From: Podarcis melisellensis | Taxonomy: Eukaryota | Assembly: GCA_964234715.1 (NCBI GenBank) | Contig: OZ174277.1 | Length of the DNA stretch: 64,000 nucleotides | Direction: 5' to 3' (one strand) | The notes under the pieces: generated by a model | The model's database searches: none | The model's input: only the letters and a program-made list of their open reading frames with translations | What the model was told of the DNA's origin: nothing | Made by a program: the position numbers and the translations under genes | Shown: positions 12,601-25,891 of the stretch, in pieces | Numbering within the stretch: position 1 is the stretch's first letter | Layout: each line of letters starts with the position of its first letter

Positions 12601-15600
12601 GAGCTCATAACGGATAAAAAAGGCAAGCCGAGAGGAAGGCAGTGAGAGCAGCGGGCTCTGAGTGGAACAATGTCGAAATCAAAAGAACTTGTGTCTTCAA
12701 GCTCATCTGCCAGTGATTCGGACAGTGAAGTTGACAAAAAGGTGAAAATGAAAAAACAAGCAGTGCCTGGAAAGCCTGTGAAGAAACAGAAGACTGGTGA
12801 AAGCTCCAAAGGTGCTGCCTCCTCCAAGCAAAGTAGCAACAGAGATGAGAATATGTTTCAGATTGGTAAAATGAGATATGTCAGTGTTCGTGATTTTAAA
12901 GGTAAAGTCCTAATTGATATTAGAGAATACTGGATGTATCAAAAAGGTGAAATGAAACCTGGCAGAAAAGGTATCTCTCTAAATCCAGAACAGTGGAGCC
13001 AGTTGAAGGAACAGATTACTGATATTGATGAAGCAGTAAGAAAACTGTAAAGATGAGCCAAGCAGAAACTCCGCTGTTATAGGTTTAAGTAGTCTTTTTA
13101 CATGGTGGGATTCATTTTCTAAACTACTTGTTTTACAAGCTATTGTATATTTGGATTGCAAAACAATTTTCAAGATGAGTGCTTTTTAAATGTGCATTAA
13201 AAGTGTATTCTGGGGGAAGATGAAAAAAAATAAAAAAATAAAGAGCTCCTAACCCACCTACTCTCAGAAGCCAGAAACATCATAGCCAGACACTGGAGAG
13301 ACCTGTCAGGTATCAAATGGACCAATGGTATCAAATAGTATGAGAAACAGCCTTACTAGAAAAACTAACTGATAAACTGAAACTGACACTGGGACAAATA
13401 GAGGAAGACACCTTCACCCTGGTATGGCTCCCCTTTATCACATAGACAGCCCAACAAGACAGCAACAAGAACTCACCAACAGCATACAAATCAATATGGC
13501 TAACCTGATCCAAAAACACCCACCCACCCCACTCACACATGAAAATAAAGTTCACCACAGCCAATCACAAACAACCACACCCTAGGCCAACCCCAACCTC
13601 TCTCATCACCAAAGGAATACAAGCAAATAGTAAAGAGAACCTGCACAAGCGACGCTGACACAACTCCCCCCCCATCCACTAAGTAGAATAGAAACATCGC
13701 CACCCGACCCCACTCCCAATTACCATGCCCCTTCCACCTCTTTCCCCTTTTCTTCCTAATGTAGTACTAATGTCTCAACAAATGAAACTGATCTGTAGAA
13801 AATGTAACTTGAAAAAAGAGACATTGCACATACTTTTGTAAACCGCGAAATATTTAATAAAAATAAGTTTAAAACAAAACAAAAACAAAACTTTGCAGTG
13901 AAGAAGCAAGAGCAATAGTCATCTGGAAATACAAATTTGCTAGTAATATGTAATACATAACTTAGTTATTAATCACAACGTGTCAACAACAAATGACAAA
14001 AAACAATTTACTTAAATACTTTGTGTTTTTAATTGACAGTGTTAGCTACAAAGTCTTTGCCTCTGGTAACTTCAGCAAGAACCAGTCCAGTCCAGCCTGT
14101 TGATGGCTTTAAAAACAGTAGCAGCCTGAAAAAAGTAAGCAAATACGTGTTTCTGTTTATAACCTTGGATTTCTAAGCACTCTACTTTATGAGGCTTCTA
14201 ATTATAGTCAGCAGTCTTAACTCAGCTTGATGGGTGGGTGGGAGATTTCTCTGATAAGATGCTTCATGCGATGCTTAAATAGGCCTTAACTTTTCTACAT
14301 ATCTGAATGAAGCTACATTTTATAGTCCTGTAAAATCTCTGGCTTCCTGAACTGTGTTGATATCAGGTTGTGTCCTGTTGCTTTCAGTAAGTCTACTTTA
14401 AGAAGGATTCAACCTATAATTCACAAGTGACTCCCTCCAGGCTAGAAGATTTCCCTAAAATGCCCATAAGAGTTATTTACTCCTTTGATTCAATATTCTA
14501 CATTTTTATAAGTAGATAACTCAACAATTGCTTTCATGGGGTAGGGAGCACAATTGTACACAAAACACCTTTTGTGCAGGGTGCTCTGCTCAGTATTTAA
14601 CTTCTTAAACTAGTAGTGGTGGTACAACCAGCTTGGAAGCATCTTCCGATCACTAGATGCCTGTGTGTTTTAGGGAACACCTGTCTACACAACTTCTGGT
14701 GCCCTCTCTTGTTCATTACCTGGTATCAACAAGAGGTTCCGTGGCTAAGTCCTGCTTGAACCTTGATTCAGATTAAACCCTTGCTTTCCCTTTTTCCTCT
14801 GTGAGACTAGAACTGTTCTGCAATGGGTACTGTGGCACAGAGTTTCCTGTCAGAGGTGAGGAAACAGGAAGTATTTGCTGTGGTTAGGATGCAAAGGGAC
14901 AGGTGGTGTGCTAATGCCATTTGCTTCCACCATGGCGCTCAGGAGAGTTCCTTAGTTTCCTTTTCTGATCACAGAGCTTTGCACTGCACAAGAATCTGCT
15001 CCTTCAAGAATCCCTGTTTTTTAGGAGTGGTTTGTCAGGTGCTAGGTAGAGCTAAAGTCAAAAGTGGGGTGCGGTGACTGGGAGCTCTGAAACTATATTT
15101 CATCTTTGGACTCTCTCAGCACAACCATTTGGATTCTGCCTGATCTCTGCAACATAAATGGGAGATTTTAAAGAGTCTGGTGATAAAATATAGGTGGTTT
15201 TTTTAAAAATATGCTCAACATCTGAAAAGCTTTCTGGCTCATTTAAACTGAGTTCAGCTAATACTATATACAGTGGTACCTATGAGACCCTATGAGGAAC
15301 GGCTAAGGGAGCTGGGCATGTTTAGCCTGGAGAAGAGGAGGTTAAGGGGTGATATGATAGCCATGTTCAAATATATAAAAGGATGTCACATAGAGGGAGA
15401 AAGGTTGTTTTCTGCTGCTCCAGAGAAGCGGACACGGAGCAATGGATCCAAACTACAAGAAAGAAGATTCCACCTAAACATTAGGAAGAACTTCCTGACA
15501 GTAAGAGCTGTTCGACAGTGGAATTTGCTGCCAAGGAGTGTGGTGGAGTCTCCTTCTTTGGAGGTCTTTAAGCAGAGGCTTGACAACCATATGTCAGGAG

Positions 15601-18600
15601 TGCTCTGATGGTGTTTCCTGCTTGGCAGGGGGTTGGACTCGATGGCCCTTGTGGTCTCTTCCAACTCTATGATTCTATGACCTCTGGTTATGAACTTAAT
15701 TGGTACATGTGAAGATGTCTTGTGTGAAACATGTTGTGCAAAACTGTGGCCCAAGTCACATCCTGGAGTTTCTGAGCTCATGGGACAGCAGACAGAGATA
15801 CCACAGTCGAGAACTCAGCTTTCTTTAAATAACATGTACTTAGGAGTTCTTAGGAGAGAGGGTGAGCATTGAAGAAAATGTTAAAAGAAGAATGAATGAT
15901 CCAAACTTGCCTTAGACCCTTAACCATCTCCCCTTGCCCTTCTCCATTTAACTGTGTACTGTTTACCAGCTGTGCCCTGAAAAAAGGATGCAGGGATGGC
16001 TGAGCTCTTCACACTTCTGTGTAATGATCACATCATGCTTCCAGTCTGCTGTACCAAGCAGTGTGCTTTGGGCAAGTTGTCAGGTTCCTGGATCTGGCTA
16101 AAGGGTTAATTTGCAACTTGAATTGTTTACTCTGGTATTTATTGCATTCTCTGAATTCTAACAAAAGGGGAGACATGATTTTGCAGTCTGACATGCCATT
16201 TATCATTATGAGCTTTGAGGTATCTAATCAAGTTTCTAAACTTTCTGGATAACTTTTGACATTTTAGATGACAGTTACCATGCTGAAGTAAAAAGGAGTA
16301 CGTCAATATTACATGCTATGCCTCAGTAGGAACTTGGAGATTCACCTCAGTCTGTTCTTGGTGGGTGCTTAGAGAACATGAGACTCTCGATGCCCCCTGA
16401 AAGGTGACCAAGGAGCCACGATCTGGTGTAAGATTGAAGATTGACAGCATATTAAAGAAAGCCAAACAGAATAAAGGTGGTTGAACATTAGCATATAATG
16501 ATCATGTCCTGAAAAAAAGTCATAATCATAAGATACTTTCTGAGAAGAGCAAAATTTTCAAGGTCACCACAAACTGGAATGCTTGATACCATTTCTGACA
16601 CCACAGTTGTATATAGAACATGGCCTTAGAGGAGCTTGGAGACAGTCATGTAGCCCATCAAAGGGGCACAATAAACAGGTTGCAGTTTGAGGGAGCAGAT
16701 CCTGTATCTCACTTCAGCTGCTGGAGTTGGTAGCATTACCTCTTTATCCACCCCAACCCTGAATGCATCATTCACCCTCCTCCTCCTCCTCCTCCTCCTC
16801 CTCCTCCTCCGGGCTGTTAAGTTTTGGAATTTGGAGGGGCATTAGGGTAGGTTTGGAAAAGCAGCACTTACCTCTTTTGCTTCTCCCCCTGAGGCCTCGG
16901 GGATGAATATATAGTCGGGGAGTGAAAAAGGAGTGAATTGGCAAAGCACTCTCCATTTCCCACCCTTGACAGGCGCTAAGCTGGTAACGTAAGAATTCTT
17001 GTAGTGAATTGGTTCACGTAGCCCAGCATTTTGCTTCTGAAAAGTGGGCCATTGGATACCTTTGAAAGCCCACAATCAGAGCATGAAGGTGATATTGGAG
17101 ACAAATAGATGATTGCCCCCAGCCCCAGGTGCCGGGAGGCGTATACACTCTGAATATGGAGGTTTCTTTTTAACCATCATTCCCTCTGTTTCTGCTGTTC
17201 AGGTTGTGGGTGTTTTGCTGATGTAGCAAAAGAGCACCACTCAACAAGGAGATACTGGCTGAAGAACAAAAATATTGAGGGAGGAACTAAGGGAGGGGGG
17301 ACTTGACAAATAGCCCAGTGGCCAGAGAATGCTAACTGTTATGGGGAGGCTGGGAAGAGGAATTGAGTATTTTGGAGGAAGGCATGGTTGTCTGTCTGGA
17401 ACAGAAACACTTCATACTTCAACATTTTCCTGCAGGTCCAAAATGTTACGACTAACAGCTGTTGACAAGACTTAATCCTTCATAAATTTGTCTTGCCCTT
17501 TAAAGATCTGTCTAAGCTACATCACCACATGTTCATGTACTGATATCCATAAATTAATTCCATGCCAGATTGGGATCAGTAGTGCTCCTCATTCCTGAGA
17601 AACTCCCAACAAACCCAACGACATTTTTTAGAATGCGAAGAAAACGTTTTACTTTGGGTCTGAAACTGAAATCTCTTTGGGACTTGCCTTAGAAATTCTT
17701 TCCTGCAGGTACTTCTGGGTGACTTCTGTAATTGTTTCCCAACGGAGGGAGGATTAGTGGAGATGTCACCAAACCGTTAGGAGGGCCTTGTTAGCCTTTC
17801 ATCCTACCCCAGTCAAAGGTAGGCCACATGGGCCCCTGTTTGCCTGGCCTAAGACAAATATATCTTGGCTGAATCCTTATTACTGTGTGTCTGAGGGAAG
17901 CAGGGGAAAGTGTTCACAGATACGTGAGAAGAAAATAAAATGGAGAAATGGAGACGCACCCTTTATATTGTTGGAATGCCTAAGGGCCTCTTGGAACTGA
18001 ATTCAAATCTTATTGGAGATTACAGTGTGATAGAAAGAGAGCTAAGAGCAAGAAATAAATAAGGCAAGCTATGTGCATCTAGCTTTCAGAAAGGCTTGGT
18101 AGAGCTTCTGCTTTGCACTCAAAGTTTCCAGATTCAATCCCAGACATCTCCAGGTGGGGCTGACAGAGAACCCCCATCTGAAATCCTGGGGAGCTGCTAT
18201 AAATAACGCTGACCCTAGAGAGACAAATGGTCTTACTCGCTGTAAGGCAGCTTCCTATCTAGCCAAGGCGAGTAAACCAAAGGAGGCCAAGCGATTCTAT
18301 GAACTGCTCCACCTTTATATTTTCAACAACTGGAATCATCATCATAATAAATCTTTTAATTCGGTTTGTTTCTGAAATTGTGGCTTTCTGATATGTGCTG
18401 AATTCGGCATCTTGACATTGCTCATTTTTGAAAGAATTTATTCTTTACCAATAACTGTAGAGGAAGAAAATAAACAGAGTAAGCATTGCAAATAAAGTGA
18501 GTTTTTTTCATTTAGGAAACAAACCATTCTTTCCCATGTATGCCAAATAATATTCAACTTCTAAAGTTGCTCTTTTGCTTCTCTTTTCATTCTACATGTG

Positions 18601-21600
18601 TTTGAGTTGTTAGACTCCTACTAAGGGGCTTAGAAGCTCAGTGGCAATGCTAGTAGCTAATTTTGGCAAGTCTTAGCCATTGACTACAGGCTGGCTGCTG
18701 TTGGAAATGTAATGTTTTATTAAGTGCAGCCTGATTTGACCCAGCAAAGCCTTTCTTATTCTGGGCAAAAGCTGGACATAGAGAGCTCCTACACCTGCAG
18801 AATCTTCTCCACCTACTGCAGTATTTGGTACTGCTTCGCAACAAGCAGTGAAAATGTTCACTTACTGGAACCAATGACTTGTAACCAGGTCTCAATAACT
18901 ATTACACCAATGGATGTCTCTCTCACCCAAACTGATTCTCCTCAAATCCCTGTTGACCCCAGCCATTTATGCACATTATAGACAAAGGAGGCTGAGGAAA
19001 TCTTCTCTCCCCAAGTCGTTTTAGGGTTATTTACTGTATGTGTGTATACCTGTTTTGTCATTTTCCCTCTTAATCCAAGTACAGTTAGCCCCTCTTCCTC
19101 CTCTCATTCAGAAATATTATTCTTGAGAAATCTGGCCAATATAGCACAATAAATCTGGTGCAAGTCTGAGCTTAGTTTGCATTTTGGAGCCTATTTTCTA
19201 TTCTTTCCTATGTGGTTCACCATCCGAGCCTGTGGGACTGGCTTTTAAAAGCTATAGCACTCATTCAAATGTCAACACACTCTTGCCCAGTTTTTGAATT
19301 TGGTTTCTGCTACTTGTATGATCAATTTGTAGGTTGTAGTTAGAGTGATGGACCCGGGTTCAAATCTCCACTAGCTATGAACCTCATTGGGTAATTTTGG
19401 ATCAATCACTGTCTCTTAGTCTAACAGGATTGCTGTGAAGATAAAATGGGGAGGAGGGCATCCACGCTCACTGCTTTCAGCTCACTGGAGGAAAGGCAGG
19501 ATGTAAATGTAATAATAATAATAATACTTTGTTCAAAAAGACAGAAAAGAATAGGTGTCTATATCTATTATTATATTCAGAGCATCTGTTGTGTTCCATA
19601 TTGCACTGTCATTTGCTGAAGTGCAAAGTAATTGTTAATTAGATGGTTAAGTAGATCCCAGCTAACCTGTACATTTCAAGTCCTAGACCGTGTCAGTTGC
19701 TCACATATCTAGGTAGCTAACTAGATACACAAACACACACAAACTGTGGAAGAGTAGTTACACTGAGAAGTTTAAATCAAGTGCCAAAAATCCATCTAAA
19801 CAACTTTAATAAAAAAATATTTAAACTGGTGAAGTGTAGATGGGAACTGGGAGCATCCTCGGTTTTGTCTGCCTTGTGACCTAGGGCCTGAACATTTAGT
19901 TGTGAAGGCATCACTAATGATGTGCTAGTTCTCAAGGATGTATCAGAGTGCTGCAGCTAACACCCGATAATATCGCTCACTCCAGTGCTGGCACACTTTG
20001 ACTGCTTAGTGCAAGAATCCTAACTAAAACAAAACAAGTGGTCGTCTTCTCATAAGTATCATATCCACTCACCTCTAGAAACAAAAGAGCAAGCAGTGCC
20101 TTTAGATATTTGATTTGGTTTTGTGGGCTTGCTTTTGTCTTGACCGTTGGCATTCTTTTGTAATTTTGAAATGAGGTTTGGTTAGTTTTGGACTCCTCCT
20201 TTTATAAAAACCTTTCACTGTATATGATGTATAGAGCCATATTCCTTTCTTGCTGGATCAAAGCTGTGCTGTCTTTGTACCCAGTTCTTCATTGTCCTGT
20301 TGTTCGGAACAATGATTCTACTGGAAATGGTGTAGGGGAGACTAGATTTGATCATTTACTATGCCACTGATTTCTTACCTCCAAATTCATACATTATAGA
20401 TTGTTGTTGTTGTTAATTGTCCACCCTTCATGGTGAAGGCTTTACCCTAAGGTCCCAGCATGGGTTATAACACTAAAAAAACCATAATTAAAAACTGTTT
20501 AAAACAACAATTTAAATCCTTTCTTGCAACTCTGCTAATATTCTTGTTGTGTTCTTCAAGGAGACTGATAAGATCTGGTATGAATTTTCTTAAATGACCT
20601 CCTTTTGTTCTTCTCCTGGCTCCCATTACAAATGAGTTCACCTTGCCCCCTTCTGTGTCTTCACGTCCATCTCTTCCTGTGTTATTCTCCCCCTAACCAC
20701 GGGTTATTAAGCTGTATTATTAAAGTGGCTTTTTAAGCCAGGATCCCTGGTTCAAATGTAACACCAAGCTGAGATTCTTTAAAAGAACTAAACTCATCAG
20801 AAGTCCTCCCCGGCAGGGTGGAGGAAAGTATATGAGCCCAACTTTTGACTTGGGTTCATTGGTGTTCATTCACATCGTGCTGAGCTATGCTTTTTGTATA
20901 ACTGGGCCAGTATCAACTTTCAACTAGCTTTTTCTCTAACATTTTCTTTAGCTCTTGCTTCATGTCTCCCTCTCCTTGAAGGAGTCCAAGTATTTCAGCA
21001 TCTATTCTTCTTCTTCCCCTCTGTTCTGGGAGGTCTATTCTAACTCTGTTTTTTCATCTCATTCTGTGTAAGATAAGGTTAGCGTAAGCTAAAACTAGGC
21101 CTCTGTCTCCGTGTCTCCAGCTTTCTCAACATTTTCTCTTGAATGGCTTACCATAATCTCAGTTTGAATTTAGACAATAATACATCCCTCCTTATACTTT
21201 TCCATCACTACTCCAAATATCACCATTCCCCAGTCTTCCAAATAAACACAACTCCGGGAACCCATTGATGCATCCTTCTTTCTTTTCCTGTCTGTCCTTG
21301 TCCAGTGTTGCCATTTCTTCAAAATTCTAAAACTTTTCTTCTTTTTCTTTTGCATCTGTTGCAAAAACAAAACTTTTTTTTTAAAAAAACTCTTCATTCT
21401 TCGGCCATCTCTTACCTGAACAGTTACCATCTTCATTTTCACATTTATCAGATATTGGTGGGTTGGTGGGGTTTTTTTTTTAATTAATTCAATTATTATT
21501 TATTATTATTATTATTAATACCCCGCCCATCTGGCTGAGTTTCCCCAGCCACTTTGGGCGGCTCCCAATCGAGTGTTAAAAACAATACAGCATTAATTTA

Positions 21601-24600
21601 AATTACATGCATCACAACATGATGAGCTTGGGTTGTTGTGCATAGGTTTTGTGTAACTTCTGGGTTTCTTTTAACTCTTATTTGTAGAATGTGAGGTGGG
21701 GAGGTAGAAGGAAGGGATGGAATATGGGATGCTTCTCAAAGAGAAGTTTATTGTTTGTAGAACAACAGTAAAATAGATGGCCAACATGTGGCACACACTC
21801 AGGAAGACTAATATCCCATCCTCTCTTTGTTCAGCTGTCTTGTGCTTAAACTAAACAATCTGCTGTAACAAAGATGTTTGCCATGGTTCTTGCATGCGTG
21901 CAGAGTCAGGATACAGCAGTCTTGTGACTTAGGAGTTGTAACAGGAAACCTAGACTTGCGGACTTCATTCGTGAAACATTTTCCAATAAAGTTGTTTTTT
22001 GCAACTCAGGAGAAATTTGTTTAAAAATTCAACTAGTTCCCCTGAGTTACAATTGTGGCATCACGGTTTGGGATGGTATAAGCAAGTCAGGAACAAACTA
22101 GCTGCACATGTCAGCCTTTTTGCAAAATTTGATACTGCCCTGATTTGTTTATAGCAGTAGTAATAATATAAGTTTGCATGGCATTCATTAACTGAAAAGA
22201 AAACCAATCTGTGATAGTCACACATGCAATAAAATCTTTGTTTTGAAACCTTAATTTTTCTCGCAGTCTTGCTCAGTTTATTCTTTCTGTCTCACTTACG
22301 ATCGCTGCCCTGATTTCACGGAAGTGCAAAGAGACCTATCCAATTGGCCTTGCCCCTTGTTAGCCATATTCACATATATGCTGCAGCCATGTGGGAGCCA
22401 CCATGGGAAAGTGGCCGCCATGTGAATCGTGGGTTGTGTGAAGAGGGCTAATACATCTCGCCACATATCTCATCCTTCCTCATGTTCTGTAGGAAACGCT
22501 GAAAGAAAATGCACGACTCTCTTTCACTTCCTTTGTTCCTGTTTCCTTCTAACGTTTTCCCAAGGCTCTGGGAAGTTCGGATGCTTTATTCCCAATACTT
22601 AACACCTGGGCCTTTCACTTTTGTGCATTTTTACACCAAATATCCAGAATATTAATAAAGTGATGAAAAAGTGTAGTTTCTACATGGCAATTACCAGGTA
22701 ACATTTCCCTCCATCAACTGGAAGAGTGCTTAAAGCAACAAACTGGAAGTGGGGGAACTGGCACGTAGCAGAAGTGTTGGTAATAGCACTGGGCTAGGAT
22801 AGGTGCTACAGCCATTTTATCACCTCGAGCCGATCGCCACTCTGATCCAATTACTGCTCACGTGGGCCGATTTCTCCTAGTTGTTTGGGCTAGCAGCAGT
22901 CAACACTGGAATTCCCACTGCCTCCATAGAGATTGTGAATTGTTGGGTTCTATTAGTCACATGTCCTGAAATAACCAATACTCCCCCCCCATATCTATCA
23001 ATTTAGTTTGACTGTTTTCATTTGCACCAGGGCTAATTCAAATTTCTATTAAAACACATCACTTTTCCAGGCAGAGTTTGATATATATATATATTTGCAC
23101 TATGAACAAGAAGAGCTAATTTATCTGATTTTTTTTAATCCCACCGTTCTTTCTGGTCATTTCATATTTTTTATTGCCTTCTATAGTTTGCTATGGAAAG
23201 GTGAATCCTAGTCACAGTTATAAATATAGGAATCCATTTGAAAATGTATCTTGAACACAGAGTCTGTGTAAGTCCTGTGTATAAATCTCTCCCCCAACAT
23301 CCTTAGATGGGAAAATAGAGTAAAATCACTGGCATATAAGAACTCAGGTTTCATTCACTGGAAAAGTAAGATCTAGTAAATATTATTATTGTTCACTTTA
23401 TTTTAGTATGCTGCTTCATATTTTAGAAAATCTCAGAGTGGTTGACATTACAGCAAAAAAATAACATTACATAAAAATACAAATTCAGCTGCTAATCATC
23501 ATTATCCACATTTTTAATAATATAATTAAGTAGTAAATATCTAAACAATGTACATAAGTCCATATATTTTTATGCTATAGAAACAGGTGTTCCTTGACTG
23601 GTCTAACGTGTTACAAGGTTTAGGATTATATTAATGAAAAATAAGATTTATCCCTATTTATTGATGAATAGAGTCTTCATTCTTCCCCGTCTGCCTTTTC
23701 AGCTAAATAAGTTAAACAATAACCATAAATCGGTGTTGTTCTCTGTTTTGGTTATTTGTAGTTTTCAGCTTTGAGGCAGGTAAAATTTTAAAATACTATG
23801 CATTTAATAAATTCATCATAAAATTGTGAATTCTGTGTGTGTGCTGAGCAACAGAAATCCAGCATTTGATTCCCGTCTTATTTTCATACAGAGTACAGAT
23901 TCTTTGTTGCCGTCTGTTGACACCTGCCAGTCTCCAGCTTTTCATGAGAGGAAACAGGTAAAGACCCAGCAAGAAACTGAACAGATGTTTTCAATGGTAG
24001 GTGAGAAAACCTCAGGCCTTCCTGTCCTTTAAAAAGATTAGATTAGAACAGGTGAGTTATACTTCTGGTGCTCTTACAATTATTCTCCTGGCATTGCAAA
24101 ACAGTTCAGTAGCTTGCGTGGGAACTGTGTTCAAAATACTCCATTACTCTGACAACAAATGCACAGTTTTGTGACATATTTGGTACATAGAAAGTACCAG
24201 ATTATAGTCTGAGCAGCAATTCCCTCTGTCCGCCAGACATTTTTTAAAAAAATATTCTGTCAAAAACTGTAATTCACTGAGGACTACTGCTTTTGTCAGA
24301 ATTCCATCTAGAGCCTGTTTCTTATGTTCTTTATTTAGGGCTTCCTGTCTCTAAGAAATTCCACAATTTTATCAGATCAACATTGCCCTCATTTCCCATC
24401 AGTTGACATTGTAGCTGATGACATATGCAACGTGCTCCCATAGCAGCACAAGGGAAGGGGGCATCTGAGAAAAGGTTACATACCTTGCTCCCACATTGCC
24501 ATTTGCGTGCTGCTATTGGAGTATGAATGCATCCATGTGAAATGAAATAGGATGAACCAACAACTATAAATGTTTTTGGGTGCAATCCTATTGTTTCTAG

Positions 24601-25816
24601 GAGGGCACCCCAAGGGCCATAGGATTTTGCAGAACTCCCTTTCTGCCAGCAGAAGGAGCTCCAGAGGGGGACACCTTGTTGCAACTACTAAAACCTTAGC
24701 AGCTGTCCCTCCTCCACTGCTGGCAGGAGGAGGAAATAAGGCTATTGGGAAGGTGGGGCCTTGGAGTCCATTGGATTCAAAGCTCTCCTCCCAACACATC
24801 CTAGGACAGGTTGAAATCCTCTAGCCTGCTCTGTAATTAAGGTAAATCTTAAATATGGTATGGCTTGTGCTAGTTTGAATTTTCCCTTGTTCTCATCAGG
24901 CTTTGTTTGCAAATATTGTTTAGTAGCCAGTTGGCCTACACATTTCTTTCTTAATCCTTTTTTGGTAAATTGATGACCTGAGAGGGTGTGGAACTCCATC
25001 TTTCCCAGTGTCGTTGTCTGATCGCCTAGAGTCAATTCCTACTCACCCAAGGTGAGCAGGAAAAGGACTTTGTATACAAGCCTGCATTAGCCATGCAAAT
25101 ATTTCTTTTATGATCCATAGATTTTAATAGCTCTTGCTAATCCGTTGTAATGATTATTGATACCTGTTTTGAAATAACCGCCAGAAGTGGCTTGTTGAAT
25201 AACATTCCATGCCAAAATAATTTCTTAATAAAGAAGACGTAATTATTTCATTTTATTACATAACTGACCAAAAGAAAGGAGTTATTTTAGTAGCTTAGAC
25301 TGCATGCGAGGCTTAACTTTTTGCACCATTTGGCAGAGAGGTATGAGATTTTGTTTCTCACAAGTCAACATTACCATTTAGCTGCTCAAACAGAGAATAA
25401 GATCATTACTTATTTCTAGTGGATGGGTAAATACGGGTAAGTCTGGCAGTCAAGGAGAACTGCCAGAGCAATGACTCATGATAATATTTTCCTCTTTTTT
25501 CTGAGAATCCCATTTTCAATATCTCACAGAAAGGAGATGTGGAGCCAACATATAATCTGCCCTGTAGCCTCTCTTGCTTCCCTTCTCTTTGCTGTGTGGT
25601 CAGAGCCTTGACATTAATGCCATTCCTGGTGGAGCCGTTTTCATAATTTAGTTGTATACCTTTTTTCAAACATTCAATGGATTATCAAATAGAATATAAA
25701 ATACAAAATTCCATTCCAAGCAAGGCTAGCTGGCACAGAAAATTTATATGCACACCAGTTTTTACTTATTCCCTCTGTCTGAAGCACTGGGTGCCTAGTT
25801 TTATTTCCTGCATACA

Positions 25817-25891
<75 letters not shown>

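Noticed and set aside
15273-15608. 111-aa ORF as a host gene
   Set aside because: It is the CR1 ORF2 C-terminus.
19840-21450. Strand-asymmetric purine-rich tract on the minus strand, possibly an old LINE or pseudogene
   Set aside because: Many stops and no motif I can recognise; it needs BLASTx.
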